From Candidatus Omnitrophota bacterium (GTDB lineage: Bacteria; Omnitrophota; Gorgyraeia; Gygaellales; Profunditerraquicolaceae), in contig JBAZKL010000003.1 in the NCBI GenBank assembly GCA_041650835.1, positions 227,682-291,681 of the forward strand: a stretch of DNA of 64,000 nt. Direction: 5' to 3'. Positions within the stretch are counted from its first letter, which is position 1, and the number at the start of each line of letters is the position of its first letter. The notes below the pieces were generated by a model. The model worked only from the letters and a program-made list of their open reading frames with translations, was not told where the DNA came from and made no database searches. Shown here piece after piece: positions 62,303 to 64,000 of this stretch. The position numbers were made by a program, and so were the translations under genes.

Positions 62303-62802
62303 ATCAGGCTGTCTTAATTCTCATTAAACCGGACGGATTAAAAAAATCGTTGACCGGCAATATCCTGACGAGGCTCTCGGAAACAAAGTTGGAAATTGTT
62401 GCCGCGAAGATGGTCAGGGTTTCCAAAGCATTAGCAGAGGACCATTATCAGCATCTTAAGGATAAGCCGTTTTTTGGAGAGTTGATTCGCTATATCCAGG
62501 GAGAATTGCATAACCGCCATAAGGTCATGGCGCTTATTTACTGGGGTAAAGACGCTATTTCTAAATGCAGGGAATTGGCGGGCGCGACCAATCCCGAGGA
62601 GGCCGAGCCTACTTCTATCCGCGGTTCTTACGGCAGGATAACGACGGCGGGCCTCTATGAGAACGTGATCCATGTTTCCGCGAATCCTGCGGACGCTGAG
62701 CGGGAGATCAAATTGTGGTTTGAACCGCCGGAAGTGATCGTCGATCTCTATCCGAACAAGGAGACGGTCGTAAAAGAATTAAAGCGTATCATCTGGGCGT
62801 AA
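62299..62802 (+). CDS. ndk: nucleoside-diphosphate kinase (variant active-site motif HVSA instead of HGSD)
   Basis: 167 aa; LILIKPDG, catalytic His in NVIHVSAN. Confidence 0.75.
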   Translation: MNQAVLILIKPDGLKKSLTGNILTRLSETKLEIVAAKMVRVSKALAEDHYQHLKDKPFFGELIRYIQGELHNRHKVMALIYWGKDAISKCRELAGATNPEEAEPTSIRGSYGRITTAGLYENVIHVSANPADAEREIKLWFEPPEVIVDLYPNKETVVKELKRIIWA

Positions 62803-62834
62803 GGAGCGCAGATGAGCATGAGATAAGGAATGCC

Positions 62835-63677
62835 ATGAAGAAGACAAAAGTGATCCAGAGTATGACCGGCTTCGGCAGTAAAGAAGCGCAGATCCCGCCG
62901 TTCGGGGCGGTGAGCTTTGAGTTGCGCAGCATCAACCATAAGGGGATGGAGGTGGTCATTCATCTTCCCGACGGATACGCGTCGCTTGAAGGAAAGATAA
63001 AAAAAGAGATCGAAGCCAAGGTCCGGCGGGGGCGTATTACCTGCTCCATGCAGATCGTCGGCGGCAAAACAAGCCGCGTTTTTTTCAATAAGGAGCTGCT
63101 GAAAGAATATCTCGGCGCCTGTAAGGATATCCGCAGCCGTTTTAAGGTCAAAGGCGAAGCAAGCCTGGACACGCTCTTGCATTTGCCCGGGGTGGTGTCG
63201 CTCGTGGAAAACAAGATTTACGCGCAGCAGATGTGGCCCCGGTTAAAAAAAATAGCGGTCGCGGCGATCAACGACCTGGTGGCGACCCGCAAAAAAGAAG
63301 GGGAAGCCCTCTATAACCATGTCGCCTCGGTTGCCCGCCTGCTCGATGAGGCCCTCGATGTGATCAAGGGCCGTTTCAAAAAATCGGTAAGCGAGCGCCT
63401 GGCTAAGATCAAGACCGACGATGAGAGGGTCGGGTTCTTGAAAGATTCCGATATAACCGAAGAGGTCGAGCGGCTTACGTTCCATATTAATAATTTCCAG
63501 GACATTTTACATAAGAACGGCCCGATAGGCAAAGAATTGGATTTTATTGCGCAAGAGATGCAGCGGGAAGCAAATACTATGGCGGCAAAGTCCTTTGATG
63601 TGAGCATTTCGGCTAAAGTGATCTATGTCAAAAGCCAGATCGAGAAAATAAGGGAACAATTACAGAATATCGAGTAA
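62835..63677 (+). CDS. yicC: YicC/YloC family protein
   Basis: 280 aa; MTGFGSKEAQ N-terminus and C-terminal DUF1732-like region. Confidence 0.8.
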   Translation: MKKTKVIQSMTGFGSKEAQIPPFGAVSFELRSINHKGMEVVIHLPDGYASLEGKIKKEIEAKVRRGRITCSMQIVGGKTSRVFFNKELLKEYLGACKDIRSRFKVKGEASLDTLLHLPGVVSLVENKIYAQQMWPRLKKIAVAAINDLVATRKKEGEALYNHVASVARLLDEALDVIKGRFKKSVSERLAKIKTDDERVGFLKDSDITEEVERLTFHINNFQDILHKNGPIGKELDFIAQEMQREANTMAAKSFDVSISAKVIYVKSQIEKIREQLQNIE

Positions 63678-63681
63678 GCTT

Positions 63682-64000
63682 GTGGCGCTCCTACGAAAAA
63701 AAATAAAGAAAGGCCTTCCGGTCCCCCGCGCGCGGTCAGGCAGGATCTTCGTTATTTCCGGCCCTTCGGGGTCGGGCAAAACGACCCTGGTCAACGCGCT
63801 TTTGGCGGATGGGGATTTGCGCGGGAAATTGGTGCGGTCGATTTCATTTACGACGCGGCCGCGCCGAACGTGTGAAAAAAATAAGCGGGACTATTTTTTC
63901 ATCACTAAAAATGAATTTATCCGGATGCGTTCGGGAAAGAAAATCCTTGAATGGACCCGATATTTAGGGTATTATTACGGAACGCCCCGGGATACGACCG
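63682..64000 (+). CDS. gmk: guanylate kinase, N-terminal part (3' end beyond window)
   Basis: GTG start; P-loop GRIFVISGPSGSGKTTLV, TTRPRR motif; frame open to window end. Confidence 0.75.
   Translation, partial: MALLRKKIKKGLPVPRARSGRIFVISGPSGSGKTTLVNALLADGDLRGKLVRSISFTTRPRRTCEKNKRDYFFITKNEFIRMRSGKKILEWTRYLGYYYGTPRDTT

Overview
This 64-kb window appears to be an origin-proximal chromosomal segment of an uncultivated bacterium, read from sequence alone. At the 3' end, dnaA-dnaN-DUF721(DciA-like)-gyrB-gyrA-tRNA-Glu-glmS-rsmI run on the minus strand, then a candidate oriC (57.9-58.45 kb), then rpmH-yidD-yidC-jag(N-domain only)-parA-parB-ndk-yicC-gmk on the plus strand. Upstream of rsmI lie: (i) an uninterrupted 8.4-kb ORF encoding a 2796-aa secreted multidomain protein (SLT lytic transglycosylase + A/P/K linker + Cys/His/Asp module + MBL fold + NPPY-like methyltransferase + Pol-beta nucleotidyltransferase); (ii) a pyrimidine cluster (pyrR-pyrB-pyrC ... 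carB C-terminal half ... pyrK-pyrD-pyrF) interleaved with an EndoQ-like PHP nuclease, a Mut7-C RNase-domain protein, tRNA-Arg, yjbQ, mutM and a half-size TauE; (iii) a V/A-type ATPase operon (E-DUF2764-A-B-D-I-K); (iv) tRNA-Val, a four-helix-bundle protein and tRNA-Asp with att-like partial duplications; (v) a 16.5-kb, 13-gene minus-strand operon of tailoring enzymes (two tandem B12-binding radical SAM enzymes, a radical SAM/SPASM enzyme, four SAM methyltransferases, two ATP-grasp ligases, a NodU/CmcH carbamoyltransferase, a FemAB-like protein, two Thr-type sulfatase-like lipoproteins and an ArnT/PMT-like membrane glycosyltransferase). The intergenic DNA carries several repeat families, listed as features and findings below. 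The best candidates for something undescribed are the giant multi-enzyme secreted protein and the rSAM/ATP-grasp/carbamoyl/methyl tailoring island beside tRNA-Asp. No CRISPR array, rRNA or integrase was seen.
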